NCBI GenBank assembly: GCA_013265495.1 | Contig: MU058213.1 | Location: forward strand, 5,539,149 to 5,603,148 | Origin: Vicugna vicugna | Taxonomy: Eukaryota | Direction: 5' to 3' | Length of the DNA: 64,000 nucleotides | Shown: positions 24,370-37,360 of the stretch, one piece after another | Position numbering within the stretch: position 1 is the first letter of the stretch | Layout of the letters: the number at the start of each line of letters is the position of its first letter | Notes under the pieces: generated by a model | What the model was told of the DNA's origin: nothing | The model's input: the letters and a program-made list of their open reading frames with translations, nothing else | Database searches by the model: none | Translations under genes and position numbers: made by a program

Positions 24370-25232
24370 CGGTGGACCATGGGTGGGGAGGTGGGAGCTG
24401 CCCACCCTAAAAGCTGGCAATAAGGGGGTCATTGTCCATAGAGTGTAAAACGATTAATACAACTTACTAAAAGCTGGTGTCTCTTTCATTATCACAATTC
24501 TATATAATGCCAGCAATAAAAAAAAAATAAAACCCCTTCTCCACAAAAATAGCTTTTTGGTCACAGCTGTAAACTTCTGTGGTTACTGTTGAGTTTTATT
24601 AACATATATGTAAACTTCAAATGATCGCAGTTTTATTCCTTCTTTAATTAATGTTCTCCATCGACATCAATTTAGAGACCTCCCAGTTGTGCAGCTGGCC
24701 CCTAATAGTAGTGGACTGTGGCACGTGCTCGTTGCAAATGTCTAATGGTTCAGGATCCTCCCAACTCACTTTGGTCATTTTATGTTTCCAAATCCCATAG
24801 TGCTTACTGCCTGTTTTTGCATTAACAGCGGATTCAAAATTTAAAATGATACCATAGTGATTGTAAAGACAAAGAAACAGAACCTGAGAACTTCAATTCT
24901 GTTATCTTATGTGACCACTTAGAGTTTTTCGTGTTTAAAAGTTAAAAACAGTCAAATAGATTTTACGGTGAACTGTGGGGGTGTGATATTTTGTTTGGTA
25001 AGTCAAAATTTTGGTTCTTGCAGGAAATACTTCTAATGAACTTGAGTATCTTTAGAGTGGAAATGTATTCTTTTTCAAATTGTTCATTGCTTTAAAACTA
25101 AAGAACAAGTCAAGAAAATAGTGATTGTTACTTATTTTTGCATGAATGTTACTGAAAATAACCCTGTCTTACAGAGCAGAGGGGTATTAAAACAACCTGT
25201 TCTGGGTTTCAAATATATAAGGTATTCCATGG
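24370..25232. mobile_element. MER97-like hAT-Tip100 element
   Basis: GGGAGGTGGGAGCTGCCCACCC...GGCAATAAGGGGGTCATTGTC at one end and AGAGGGGTATTAAAACAACCTGTTCTGGGTTTCAAATA at the other. Confidence 0.65.
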
Positions 25233-26094
25233 AGTCTAATAAAGGAGGTAAGACATGAAAGCTAGAACAATGGGTCAGAGGCCAGTCAGTCCAGCAGGGA
25301 GTGGGGTTACTATAGTAAGGTAAACGGCAGGTGCCTGGGGCTCACACTGGGGCGCCAGGCTGAGGGCAAGGAGACAAACTCTGTCATTCCGACCCTGGAG
25401 GATTCAGGGTGCGGCCAAGCTTCCCAAGAGAGGGTGCGATTCTGAGCATTGCCACAAGGTAGCGCAGTGATGTCTCAGCTGCTTCAGGGTTTCAGGAGAG
25501 GATTCGGGTTTGGGAGAACCCAAGTTTCCGGATGACTGAAAAACTCAGGGCTACTGGCAAACGTCCCTTTTTCTCTCTGTTTATGACTCTATTTCCTGAA
25601 ACAGTCACAGTTTCAGTGTTTCTACCGTAGGATCTTTGGGGGAGGGGTGGGAAGAAGTAAAGAGAAGGTGTACTGCTCGAAAAGGGAGGCCTCCTGTCTG
25701 TCCGCAGCATTTTCACCTCCACCTGCACAAGTCCACCTCCAGGGGCCTGGCGAAGTAAATTCTGGCGCAGCACTGGACGGTGTGTTGTGGCACCATTACA
25801 AACAGTTCTTATGGCGACGTCAAAATGGCAGCACTGACCAGTGTTTTCATTCCAGGGCTAAGTGGGGCAAAAGCAGCATGCCTAACTGTGTGTGTCTTGT
25901 GAGCACATGTGTGGTTGAGGGAAAAAGCGCTAGAAGAAAATGTACCCACGTGTTCAGACTTCAGTTGATTTTACATCTAAATTTTTGTCTCGTCTCAATG
26001 TTATGTAATGTAGTGTGTATACAGTATATTTACCTTAATGATTTGAATACTTGAAAAATTTACATCAAAATCATAAAACAAAGGGGTTTGACTA

Positions 26095-26340
26095 GTCACA
26101 CATTCTCGAGATTTAGGGCATATCAGAAACTTATTAAAATAAGATTTTATTAAATCTCCTTTATTTACAAAATAAATTCTATTAAATTGATTAAATAAAT
26201 AAATCTTATTAAAATAAGATTTCTGGGCCCCATCTGCAAGTTTCTAACTCAGTGGGCCAGAGTGGGTCCAGGAATCTGCATTTCTGAAGTTCCCAAGTGC
26301 CGTGCTACAGATCTGGGGACGACAGCTTGAGAACCACAAG
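26095..26340. mobile_element. MER5A with an internal AT-rich insertion
   Basis: GATTTCTGGGCCCCATCTGCAAGTTTCTAACTCAGT...CCAGGAATCTGCATTTCT...TTGAGAACCAC. Further MER5-type copies at about 17372-17553, 32637-32805, 35915-36105, 37795-37975 and 57170-57352. Confidence 0.8.
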
Positions 26341-27073
26341 AAAAACAAAAAATAGACAGTTAATGGTAAAACATTGACTTGACTTGAACCCAGGTCTCCG
26401 GACTTTCAAGCTTAAAGCTCTTCCCTCAGAAACAATGCAAGCTTTCAGGACAAAGCTGGCTTTCATTTCTCAGTCCCCTGGAGTGGAGAGGGATCTCAAT
26501 GGCTATTGATCCTGAATATTGATCTCTCAGGAGTAGCCATATCCCAAATAACATAAAACCCCGAGACAGTCACAAGTTATTCCTCCAAAATAAAATATCA
26601 TCATGTTGGGAAAAAAAAAATTCCCAAGCTGAGACTTACTTGTAATTGGTAGAAAAACACTAATTGCAAAAAATGAACCAACCATATTCAGTAAAGCACA
26701 GCTTGGCAGGCCTGAAACTAGGATCAAGGAAATTCTTTTCATATGAGCTGGGCATGACCAAAAGCTGGGCAGAGCCTGGGAGTCTCAGTTAACGAGGCCT
26801 GGCCTTTCTGTGACTGCGAAAAACTTTCCAGTGACAAATGTTCCAGCATCCTTGTCCCAAGAGAAAACAAAATAGCAAAAACAACATACTGCTTTATACT
26901 GAAACATAAGGTCAACCATAGCAAATCACAGCATCTATTAACCACCCTCTGTGTACCAGGATCCATGGTTAGTACAAAAGCATATTTCTGAGGTTGCAAA
27001 AGCAAAAAAGCACGCTTCCACTCATCAACGAGCTTCCCAACCAAGTGTCAGGGCCCCAACAGTCAGCCATGAG

Positions 27074-27096
27074 AGTGTGTGTGTGTGTGTGTGTGT
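27074..27096. repeat. (GT)n microsatellite
   Basis: Direct reading. Confidence 0.95.
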
Positions 27097-30073
27097 AGGT
27101 TAGAGATTGGAAGAGGTGTAATTCCAACATAGCGTGATAAGTGCACAATTAGGTACAAAATATCACAAGGCGTTGAGGCAGGAAAGGTTAGCAAAGAAAG
27201 CTTTATAGAGAAAGTGATGGATGAGTGGACTCTTGAAGGAGAGGTGGAAGGATGCAGCAGGCAGAAGGAAAAGCATGAACCAGTCTTGGAGGCTTGAAAA
27301 TGGATAATGGAATTGGGAATCCCCTGGCAAGTTTGCTATAGCCCAGGGCCAGGGGTGAGGGCTTCAGAGGACATGGTACTGAGTTTGGCCCTTACCCTGG
27401 AAGCAGAAGGGCCACCACTGAGGTTGGTGTTTGGAAAAGGGAGGGGCTGGGCTGCTGGCTGCCTTTCCTTCTGGGTGGGTGGCTTTCTCTCCCAGCCTGG
27501 CTGAAACCCCAGCCACTCCCCGGCAGAAAACAATGTTATCGGCAGGAAAAGGCGGGGGTGGGGCTCAGAAGTCACCAGCTCTGCAGCCTTACCTGGCTGG
27601 TACCCACAGATCTTCTTCTCACGGGGGCCCCAGCCCGTGGGCAAGTCTATTTGAAGTTTTCTTGTTAGAGTGTTGTTCCTAACTCTAAATGGTAGGATTT
27701 ATACCAATGAAACTGAGTCAGAAATACATAATAGAGGCCTGAATTGGAATCTGCTATTTAAGAAGCATCTTCTTCCAAGTCTGAAAAGAGAACCCTTTGG
27801 AAATTCCACATCATACTAGTTTAGACACCTACAGCAATTTCAACTTTAAAACCTCATTCTCACCTGCGTGATATCACTTGATTCTCGCAATATCCCTGTA
27901 AAGAATATTGGGCAGGTATCCTTATGCCCATTTTACAGATGTAAAAGTTCACCAACCGAAAGCCACTAGGAACATACCCGGAGTCAGATGAAAGCTAGGA
28001 TTATTTGGCTTACTGCAGCAAGGTGAGGGTGCACCCCAGAGCACCCTGAGGGCATCCCTGCCTGAGGAGCTGAGAGGGGTTTTCTGAGAAGACTGGAGCT
28101 CGTGCTGGCTAAGACTAAGGAAGGGTTGGGGAACCAGAGGCGATTCTGCAGGGCAGCTACCCTCACCACCGTACCGCCACTGCTGCACAGCAGGGGTAAT
28201 TCTGGATGGGATTCTGTCAAAGGGGGAGGGGGCCACTCAGTGACCCGGTATCTAAATAATTTAATGATTAATTGCTGTGAACTCATTGTTGCTTAATTTA
28301 ATCAATACTGTTCCAGCAGGCAGGGCTGGCAGCGGCAGTCACTCCTTGTTCGTTGGAAGCAGGGACTGTTTAGTCACGTTTTCAGATTCAAAGTGGCCTC
28401 CTTTCTGTCCTGTTGCAAACAGAGCCGCACAGGGTCCTTGTAACATATTGTTTCTGTTCTGTGCGCATTGTCTCTGTTCAACTGGGAATACTATGGTCTG
28501 GCTGCTAGCAAGGGTGGTTTTTGTTGTTGTGTTTGTTTTCATTTTCTCACGTGCCAAGAAACCCGGGTAATGTCTTTGAGGCCTCTCAACACCTCCACCC
28601 TAGCCCTGTAACAGCCTTGGGTGGCTGCCTTCTGCGCCTCTGATTTCTCACCAGTAGTGTGGGGTCCCTTCCAGAACTGACATCCTGAGCGTCAGCAGGG
28701 CGCACTGAGAGGTCATCGTGGTGCCCTGATACTTCAATGGCTGCCTCGCCTGGTGTCAGCTATTTAACCACTAGCCGGAGAGAGAAATATGCAGAGTTCT
28801 ATCCGCTTTCAACATGGGACATTGCCCCCTGCCTTAACCCTAGTGCAACTCAATTGCCTCGAGATATTCAAAGATTCCCAAACACCAGCAGGACAAAGGC
28901 GAGATTCTGTAAGAACAAGCCAAGCAGTAAACGACCATGAGACCTTTCCTTTCCCAATGCTGGTTTAAACAGACACACATCTGTTTTTGATCAAGTGCTA
29001 ACAATGAAAAATATACATTTGATGCTTAGGTTGTTTTAACTGAGTAGAACCAAGACATGTGAAATGACAGCAACTCTTATTTTTCAGAACTTTAAAATGT
29101 GTCAGATGCTTTGCTTATTTATTTTACTTAATCCATGCAACCCTCCTATGAGATATCACCATCCCCACGTGACAGAGGACACTGTGGCTCAGAGAGAGGA
29201 AGGGGCAGCGAAGGCAGCGAATGCCTTGGAATTTTCATTAGTGCTCATTTCTGGTCACACTGGTGCCCCTTCAGAGCCCACATGGGTACACTGGCTTTCA
29301 GGGGTCTCCCACTTTGGATGTCAGTGCCAGGGGAGCCAGGGACATACTCTGAGCCTCTCTGGGCCCGGCCACTTCTAACTAGAAGTTTGCAGTCACCTTA
29401 CCCACTATGAGTGATGTCTACCTCTCAGTGGCCCAGGAGGAAACCCATCCCTGGACAAAGTCCTGGTCCCCTCGTGTCTCACTCTCCATTGCAGCCCCTG
29501 GTTCCCCAAAGTCAAGCTCAGAAACAAGGTGTGAGCACAAATCCGGCAGCCGAAAGAAAGGAGAGGCCCCATGATGTTAAGCCTGAAAATTCTGGGCCAA
29601 TTTAAGGCAATCAAGGATGCTTCGAAAAGGTTAAAACATTTCTCTTCACCCAAGAAAATCCTCTAAATATAGAATTGTTTTCACAAACTGAGCTGGACCC
29701 TCCCCAGCTTCTCTGTGGCTTGGTGATATCAGCAAAACAGCACCGGAGAATCTTCTTTTAAGAGGTCTTGCAACTGTTCCATGACTAGGTCCTTTGGTGC
29801 GGTATTGTCATGCCCTGGCCACCACCTTCATGCCACCTAGAGAGGCTCCCATCCCTGAGATTCGTGATCAGGATGGGTGATGTCAAAGCAGAAAGAACTG
29901 GAGAAGAGTCTTGGAGGGAGAGGGGGGCTCAGCTTGTCCCCTCTCACTGGGGTAGGTCCAGATGACCAATCTAAGCAGGGAAGTCCACACTCAGAGGATG
30001 GCGCCTGGGCCAGACCCATGCAGCCAGCCACACACCAGCCCTGTCCAGGTCCACCACGTTCAACAATCATCAG

Positions 30074-30462
30074 TGTATTCATTTGCTGGGGCTGCCATGA
30101 CACAAGACCACAGACTAGGTGGCTCAAACAAGAGAAATGTACTCTTTTGCAATTCTGGAGGTTAGAAGTCCAAGATCAAGGTGTTGGCAGGGTTGGTTTC
30201 TTCTGAGGCAGCTCTCCTTGGCTTGCAGGTGTCTGTCTCCTCCTCTTTATCTTCACATGGTCTTCCCTCTGTGCGTATCTTTGTCCTAATCTCTTCTCGT
30301 TGGGATACCAGTCACGTTGGAGTAGGGACCACTCTAATGACCTCACTTTAACTTAATTACCTCTTTGAAGATGCTGTCTCCCAAGACAGTCACATTCTGA
30401 CATAACGAGGATTAGGACTTCACATATGAATTTGGGGGTGGAGGCGGAGAATACAATTGAGC
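30074..30462 (-). mobile_element. MaLR LTR, MLT1B/C-like
   Basis: TGTATTCATTTGCTGGGGCTGCCATGACAC...TTCTGGAGGTTAGAAGTCCAAGATCAAGGTGTTGGCAGGGTTGGTTTCTTCTGAGG...AGGACTTCACATATGAATTTGGGG. Confidence 0.85.
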
Positions 30463-31732
30463 TGGTGTTACTCCAGCAAACCCTTTGAAGATCCTGCTCT
30501 GACCTGGGTCCTGGGCCAGGCACTGGGGTGGGGTCCCTAGGCACACCACAGTTACATCACTTTTCTGTTAGCTTTAGCAACTCCCCTGGGCAGGGGAGCT
30601 TCAGAGTTAGAAAAAGAGGCTTATAAATATACCTGAGATTACAAAGTGAGTAGTAAGCCTGCACCCTCTGCACCAGGCCCAAAGAGGGGGCCTTTGCTGT
30701 AGGGGCTGGGGAAGCCATGGCCCAGCTGAGGCCTCAGGAGCCAGCTGGCAGCTGGGAGGGGTGGGGGGGCTCGGCCCTTTCCAGCAGCGTGATTAAGACT
30801 TTCTGGCAGCAGGAGCAATAACTGGCAGGAGACCAGGAAGGGGCTGCTTGTCTGGCTCAGGTTGCGGGTAAGTGATGAAACTCACCCTCTGGCGCAGCAC
30901 CTGAGGCACCGCCGTCTTCACAGGGAGGTGCTCCGTGTGAGCCCACACAGCGCTCTCCACTCGGACGCGGAGAGGCCACTTCCCTACACAGGAAGGCTGC
31001 CGTCAGCCAGGCCGCAGCCGAGACCCACCCAGGCTGAGCCAAGGTCAGCTGCCATCTTCTCCCTGTTGCCTGCCACCCTCCTCCAGCCCTGCAGACCCAA
31101 GAGGAGGCAAGGACAGAGCAGGACTGGGAAGATAAACACTGGGGCCCCCTTTGTGTCTGGGCTCTCGGTTCCTGGCACAGGCTTTGTTAGTTTCTGATAA
31201 ACCACGGACTCATAAGGGAGACTCTGGGTGAGAAGAGAACTGGATTTGGAGTCTAAAAACATGGTCTCAGTTCTGCTACGTCACTTACCCACAGGTGGCC
31301 TTGGGCAGATCACCGTGGTGTCTAGGCCTCTGCTTTTCAGTTGTGAATGGGGTGATTAGAGAGCCCACAGGGTTGTTCTGAGGATAAAAATAGGATTGTA
31401 TATGTATGTGGAACTACGTAATGCAGCTATGCACTGCTGGCTATGGAACAAACGTTTGTAAGCACCTGCTATGCCCCAAGTCGTCCTCCATTGTAATTCT
31501 CGCCTGATTCATGTAACACTCCCAGGGTTCCTCCCACTTTTTATTACCAAGGTGTCCCAGTATAGAAAAAATTGAAAGGGTAGCACAATGAATTACCAAA
31601 GTCCCTCCAGAGACATTCAGTAACTGTTAACATTTTAGTATTTTATCTCTATACATACATGCATACTTGTATGTGTGTGTGTTTTGAAGAACTATTTGAC
31701 TTCTCTCTCTGTCTCTCTATATGTTATTTAAC

Positions 31733-31872
31733 TTTATTTTATTTTATTTTATGGCAGGGGGAGGTAATTAGGTTTTATTATTTATTTTTAGAGGAGGTAC
31801 TGGGGATTGAACCTAGGACCTTGTGCATGCTAAGCATGTGCTCTACCACTGAGCTACACCCTCCCCGCCCCC
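31733..31872 (-). mobile_element. Camelid tRNA-Ala-derived SINE (vic-1 type, long-tail form)
   Basis: GGAGGTACTGGGGATTGAACCTAGGACCTTGTGCATGCTAAGCATGTGCTCTACCACTGAGCTACACCCTCCCC, preceded by GGGGAGGTAATTAGGTTT and T-rich runs. Confidence 0.9.
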
Positions 31873-34780
31873 ATATGAATCATGAATGTATGGATCTCTC
31901 CTCTCTCTTTCTCTCGTATATGCCTGAGCCCACTCTCCCAGGCCCCTTGTGGACCTCTCATCCACAGCACTTGGCTCTTTGTTCTTTAATTACCGGCCAC
32001 ATATCTCTCCTCACTGGACCAGGGGCACTGCAAGAGCAGGGACAAGGTAGTCAGCGTTGTCTCCCCAGGACCTGCACAGGCCTGGCATGGAGTAGGCACA
32101 TGTCAAGTGACTGTGGGGTATACACCGCCTCAACAAAGGACTAACTAACATAACGCTTTTTAAAAGTAAACGAGTTTTAAGTCAGTACATCTGGCCAATT
32201 CCAGATCCTTGCTGGAGATCAGGGGAAAACATCCCAGAGTGCAGGAGCGCCCGCGCAGGTCTGGCTCTACCTCCCCCTGTAAAAGCACGGGGACTCGGAA
32301 GTCGCTTGGGACCCTTGATGAGAGGCTGCCCTCTATGTCTGTGATACAACTGTCCATCTGCCTGGGAGAAGTGCTGTCCAGATCACAGTCTACTCTGGAA
32401 AACACACACACACAGGGGCACGGAGAAGCTGGCTCTGTCCCCACTGTGGACCTTACAGAAGTTATTCTAAGTCCTTTAGGTTTCCATGGAACCAGGAACC
32501 CACTTCCAGAACGGCGGGAGTAGGAAGAGGAGATGTATATCATGTTCGTGTTGTTGTTTTGCCTATAAATTCCCCATGATGCTCATGACTTTCTTAAGAG
32601 TTCTGTGCTCCCCCCGCTTCAGATGATACCCTCTAAAGCACAGCTTCTCAAACTTTAATGTGCATACGAGTCACCTGAGGAGCTCAATAAAAGGAATGTT
32701 CTGTTTCAGTGCATCTGGGACGGCCTCCAAGATCCTATACTTCTAACAAGTGTTCAGGTGGTGCCAATGCAGCTGGTTCCCCAACCACACTTTGAGAAGC
32801 AGAGTTCTGAAGAACACAAAATAGCTCCTCATTTACTCAGTGAACTAGTAATTGGCACCTGGTACTAGACATAAGGGAGTGTGCTCAGCGCTGGCAAACC
32901 AGGCAACAGGAAGAAATATAAAAGCGAACAAGATGCGGTTCTTTGCCTCACACCCAGCTGGAGAGGCCCAGTTACCATGTCCAAGCACTTGGCTTAAGCT
33001 GCCTTCGTTCTTACAACTTACAACCTACACAGTGTGTACTGTTGTTCTCATTTTACTTGTGCAGAAACTGCGGCTCATTGAGCCTAACTGTCTTGTCCAA
33101 ACCAGTAAAAGGCTGCCATGAGATCTGAGTTGGGGTCTCCCTGACTCTGAGGCCTGTGTTTTCCCCCTGCACCTCTCACACCTGGTCTTGCCGCATTTCT
33201 CATCAAGTGCTCAGACGGAAGGGCAGGGAGAGCCCAGGAAGCAGACCCCAGGGGCCTGGGGAAGGAGGTGGGGTGGCAGCAGGCAGAAGGCTCTAAACCA
33301 CCACCAGAGACAGGAATTAGGACCCAGCAGGTGGCTCAGGGCCACCGTCCCTAGGGTCTTCTGACTGCTTCCGGTAATGTATTTCCTAATGTGGCGGATC
33401 GAACACTGCGCACACTAGGAAACCTCAGCCGTGGATTATGGCCTGAACGTTGTCACCAAATGGCCATGTGACTCTGGATAAATCACTGTCCTCCCCTGGA
33501 CGCCAAACTGGGAACTCTTTAATTCCTTTTCTCTCTGACAAAAGGTTTGGTTTCTAAGCTCTCTTCCAGTCTTCCCCTCAGGTCAGGGTGAAAGTCTCTT
33601 TGTTATGTCGCCGCTTGGGGACCCCCAGCCCCAGCTTCTCAGCTTACCCAGTTTCTGGGGCTCACTCAGTCTTCCTCTTTTCTTTCCTAATTTCACACAT
33701 GTTTATTGAGCACAACTGTGTCCCAGATGCTGTGCTGAGAGCTAGGGACACGGAGACAATGACACGCAGTCTCTCTCTCAGCGGAACGGCCCCAGGAACA
33801 CGGAGGAGAGCAACTAACAGCACAGCTCGGGGCCGGCAGCGCTGAGTGGCCAGCTTCCCCACATGCCAGGGCCTCCCTTGGAATATTCCACTTCATCCCT
33901 GTGGGGTGAGTGCTCTTACTGTCCCCATTTTAAAGATGAGGAAACTAGGCTTACAGAGGTCAAGTGACTGGCCCAACGTCACACAGTGAGTAAGGATCAA
34001 GTGAGATGATGTATGCAGAAACACTGAGCACACTGTCCAACAAGTAGGAAATCAATGGTAACTGTAATGCCTTCTTTAGAAGGCAGAAGGGAGAGAAGGA
34101 GCCAGTTAGCCTCCCTCTCGGGCACAACAACCTGGAGAGCTGGAGAAAGGCCCGCTGTCTCTGCTGGAAGATAGGGACCAGGCTTGGGACTGGCCACGCA
34201 TGATAAGAAAACTGCTGAGGAGAGAAGCAACAGAAGCCTCGAGAAAAGGCCTTGGCAGGCTCCAGAGCACCCCCACCGCACACATGAGGGCAGAGTGCTC
34301 TGACAGAGGTGGCGGTGATTAGTCATGCTGGGGGAGGCGCGCCGCGGCCACCCAGGGCCCTTCATCCTTCCTGGATGGCAGCTCACCCCAGGCTCAGCTG
34401 GTCCGTGCTTCAGCTGCCGCACCCCCCATCTGGGTAATGGAGTGTTAGGAAGCATGCTGGAGGCCATCAATTAATGCTTAACTCAGTGTCCATCGGGTTG
34501 TATTTCCAGTGATGCTCCACTCATACCCACGGCAGAGGTAAATCTTGGTCCTTTTCATTCGATGGCTTGGAATTAAAATGCCGCCCAAACATTTCCTTCC
34601 AAAGAAATTGAGATTTATGGGTCACTGTCAATATCAACACATGTTGGCCATTATTTGAAAGTCTCCTAGCTCCTCGGGACTGATTACCACTTAGTTTGAA
34701 GGATAAATGTGGCTTTATAATCCACTCGGCTTGCTGCGTTTGCTTCTTTCTTTGGAGATTTTTTTATTCCACTTTATCAC

Positions 34781-35582
34781 TTTTTTTCTTTTCATTGAAG
34801 TATAGTCAGTTACAATGTATTGATTTCTGGTGTCAGCATAATGTCCCAGTCATGCATATATATACACATACACACACATATATTCCTTTTCATATTCTTT
34901 TTCATTATAGGTTAATACAAGATATTGAATATAGTTCCCTGTGCTATACAGAAGAAATTTGTTTTTATCTATTTTTATATATAGTGGTTAACTTTTGCAA
35001 GTCTCAAACTCCCAAATTTATCCCTTCCCACCCCCTTTCCCCCAGTAACCATAAAATTGTTTACTATGTCTGTGAATCCATTTCTGTTTTGTAGATGAGT
35101 TCATTAGTGTCCTCTTTTTCTGTCTTCTTTTTTTTTTAAATTCCACATGTAAGTAATATCATATAGTATTTTTCTTTCTCTTTCTGGCTTACTTCACTTA
35201 GAATGATAATCTCTAGGTCCATCCATGTTGCTGCAAATGGCATTATTTTATTCTTTTTATGGCTGAGTAGTATTCCACTGGATAAATATACTACAACATC
35301 TTTATCCAGTTATGGGTCGATGGACATTTAGGTTGCTTCCATGTCTTGGCTATTGTATATAGTGCTGCTATAAACACTGGGGTGCATATATCTTTTTGAA
35401 TTAGAGTTCCCTGCAGATATATACCCAGAAGGGGGATTGCTGGATCATATGGTAAGTCTATTTTTAGTTTTTTGAGGAATCTCTGTACTATTTTCCATAA
35501 TGACTGCACCAAACTGCATTCCCACCAGCAGTAGAGGAGGGCTCCCTTTTCTCCACATCCTCTCCAGCATTTATCATTCGTA
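34781..35582 (-). mobile_element. 5'-truncated lineage-specific L1 (ORF2 C-terminus plus 3' UTR)
   Basis: ORF 35291..35593 encodes [26 protein letters not shown]...[13 protein letters not shown]...KQPKCPS, the L1 ORF2 C-terminal cysteine-rich region. T tail at 34781. Confidence 0.95.
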
Positions 35583-35833
35583 TTGCACTTCATTCTGTTT
35601 TGTCTGATAGTGTAAGCCCTATCTTGCCCCTACCCAAATACTCTGATGTATTTGAGGCTCTGGAACAGAGACAAGAGGAACCAGTGTGTCCTCAGTCAGG
35701 ATGCCAGTGTGACAATAAGGAAAGACTTGCCCCTATTTTATGGACTGAAGCCAGTAAACATGATCTGAGGCCAGAGTTGAGACCACCAAGGAGCTTGCTT
35801 GAGGAGCAATAGGTGGTCCCCTCTCAACACTCC

Positions 35834-35873
35834 TGGTCTTTTGTGTTGCTGGGTGGTCTTTTGTGTTGCTAGG
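35834..35873. repeat. 20-bp tandem duplication
   Basis: TGGTCTTTTGTGTTGCTGGG followed by TGGTCTTTTGTGTTGCTAGG. Confidence 0.95.
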
Positions 35874-36904
35874 CGAGCTTTGGAAACAGGCGGGAGCTGA
35901 ATGAATCACTTAGGTCAGTGGTTTTGACATTGGTTCTCAAACTTGAGCTGGCAGGAAGGTTTGTTAAAACACAGATTTCTGGGCCCCACTGCAAACTTCC
36001 TATTCAGGAGGACTAGGGTAGGGCCCAGGACTTTGCATTTCTAATGAAATCCCAGGTGATGCCAACACTGATGTTGGTCCTGGGGGTCCAACCTGAAGAA
36101 CCACCTTAGCATAAGAATGAGAAGTATTACAGGCCATGAGTCGGGGAGAAGAGGCTACTGGCAGCGTTTGTCACTCTGGAAAAAGAATAACAATGTCTAG
36201 AGAGGAATTTTTATTAAGTTTTGCTGGGCAGTGTGTAATTTAAATCCCTTTCTAGGAAATCTTCAGTTGAAGGTCAGTAAAGTAAAGTAAAGTTGGAGCT
36301 GTTTTGGTAATGCATTGACGTGCTAATGGTCTGGAACCACCCAGGCCACCCATCCGTGTTCTGCTGTACCTAGGTTACTAGAAGGTCACGGTCTGGCTGC
36401 TGGGATGTTTTGACAACTTTATTGGGTGACAGTTGTAAGGAGGTTCCTGGTGTTGGTAACAGAGCCCGTGCTGCTGGTTCACACACAATGGTCCCTAAGA
36501 GATTTTCCCTGCAATAGTCAGGGTTTGCAGGTGAAACTGGACCCAGGGCAACAAAGGGGCACAGCCCACAGTCTCCAGGAGCTGAACACCAGAAGGGTGC
36601 TGGAGGCAGATGGTAGCTTTTTCTTTGCATCAGACCTCACATTCGAAGTCACAAGGCTGCAATTGCCCCAGGAAATGTGCTAGAAAGAGCCATTGTGTAC
36701 TGAAGCCAGGCTGCTCCAAGTCCAACGGACTGGGCAAGTCATCACTGGGGATTCATTTCTTGCACGAGGGTGTCCCCAGAGCAATCAAAGGAGACTCCTC
36801 ACAGGGCTGGGAGGCTGTTACCAAGACAGGTAGTACAGTGGGGATGGAGGAAAGTCAACATATTTAGAGCTGTGAAAAAGTACATAATACCCAATGGCTG
36901 ATTT

Positions 36905-37360
36905 CATTAGCTGGGACTTTTGGTCACAGGAACAGAAATCCAACTCAAATTAACTTAAGCCAAAGGGGAATTTACTCACGAAACAGCGATGTCTAAAACA
37001 CAGGCTTCGGGTAGAGCTGGGTCTATGCCTATAATAAAAACACAGTGTCTCTCAATCCTCTCTCTTTCTTTCTCTTTTCCTCTCTCTCCTTCCCTCCAGA
37101 TGGCACTTGGGACTGCCATCACTCCTTGGAGCTTAAAATTCCAGAGAGATTATAATACCTTATTGCAGACCTCTGGCAACCATCCCAGAAAGGACTCTGC
37201 TTGGCTGGGTGCTCACCTCTAAATAGACAACTCTGGCCAGGAGGATGGGCTCTCTGATTGGCCTGGTTTGGGAAGCATGCCCACCCCTTGGGAAGAATCA
37301 GCTCTATCTACCCAACCTGACTGAGCAGGATCCACATGGGAGGGGCACTTCCTCTAACGG
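36905..37360. mobile_element. Old MaLR LTR (MLT1J/K/L-like)
   Basis: GGAACAGAAATCCAACTCAAATTAACTTAAGCCAAAGGGGAATTTA...CTCTGATTGGCCTGG...CATGCCCACCCC. Confidence 0.7.
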
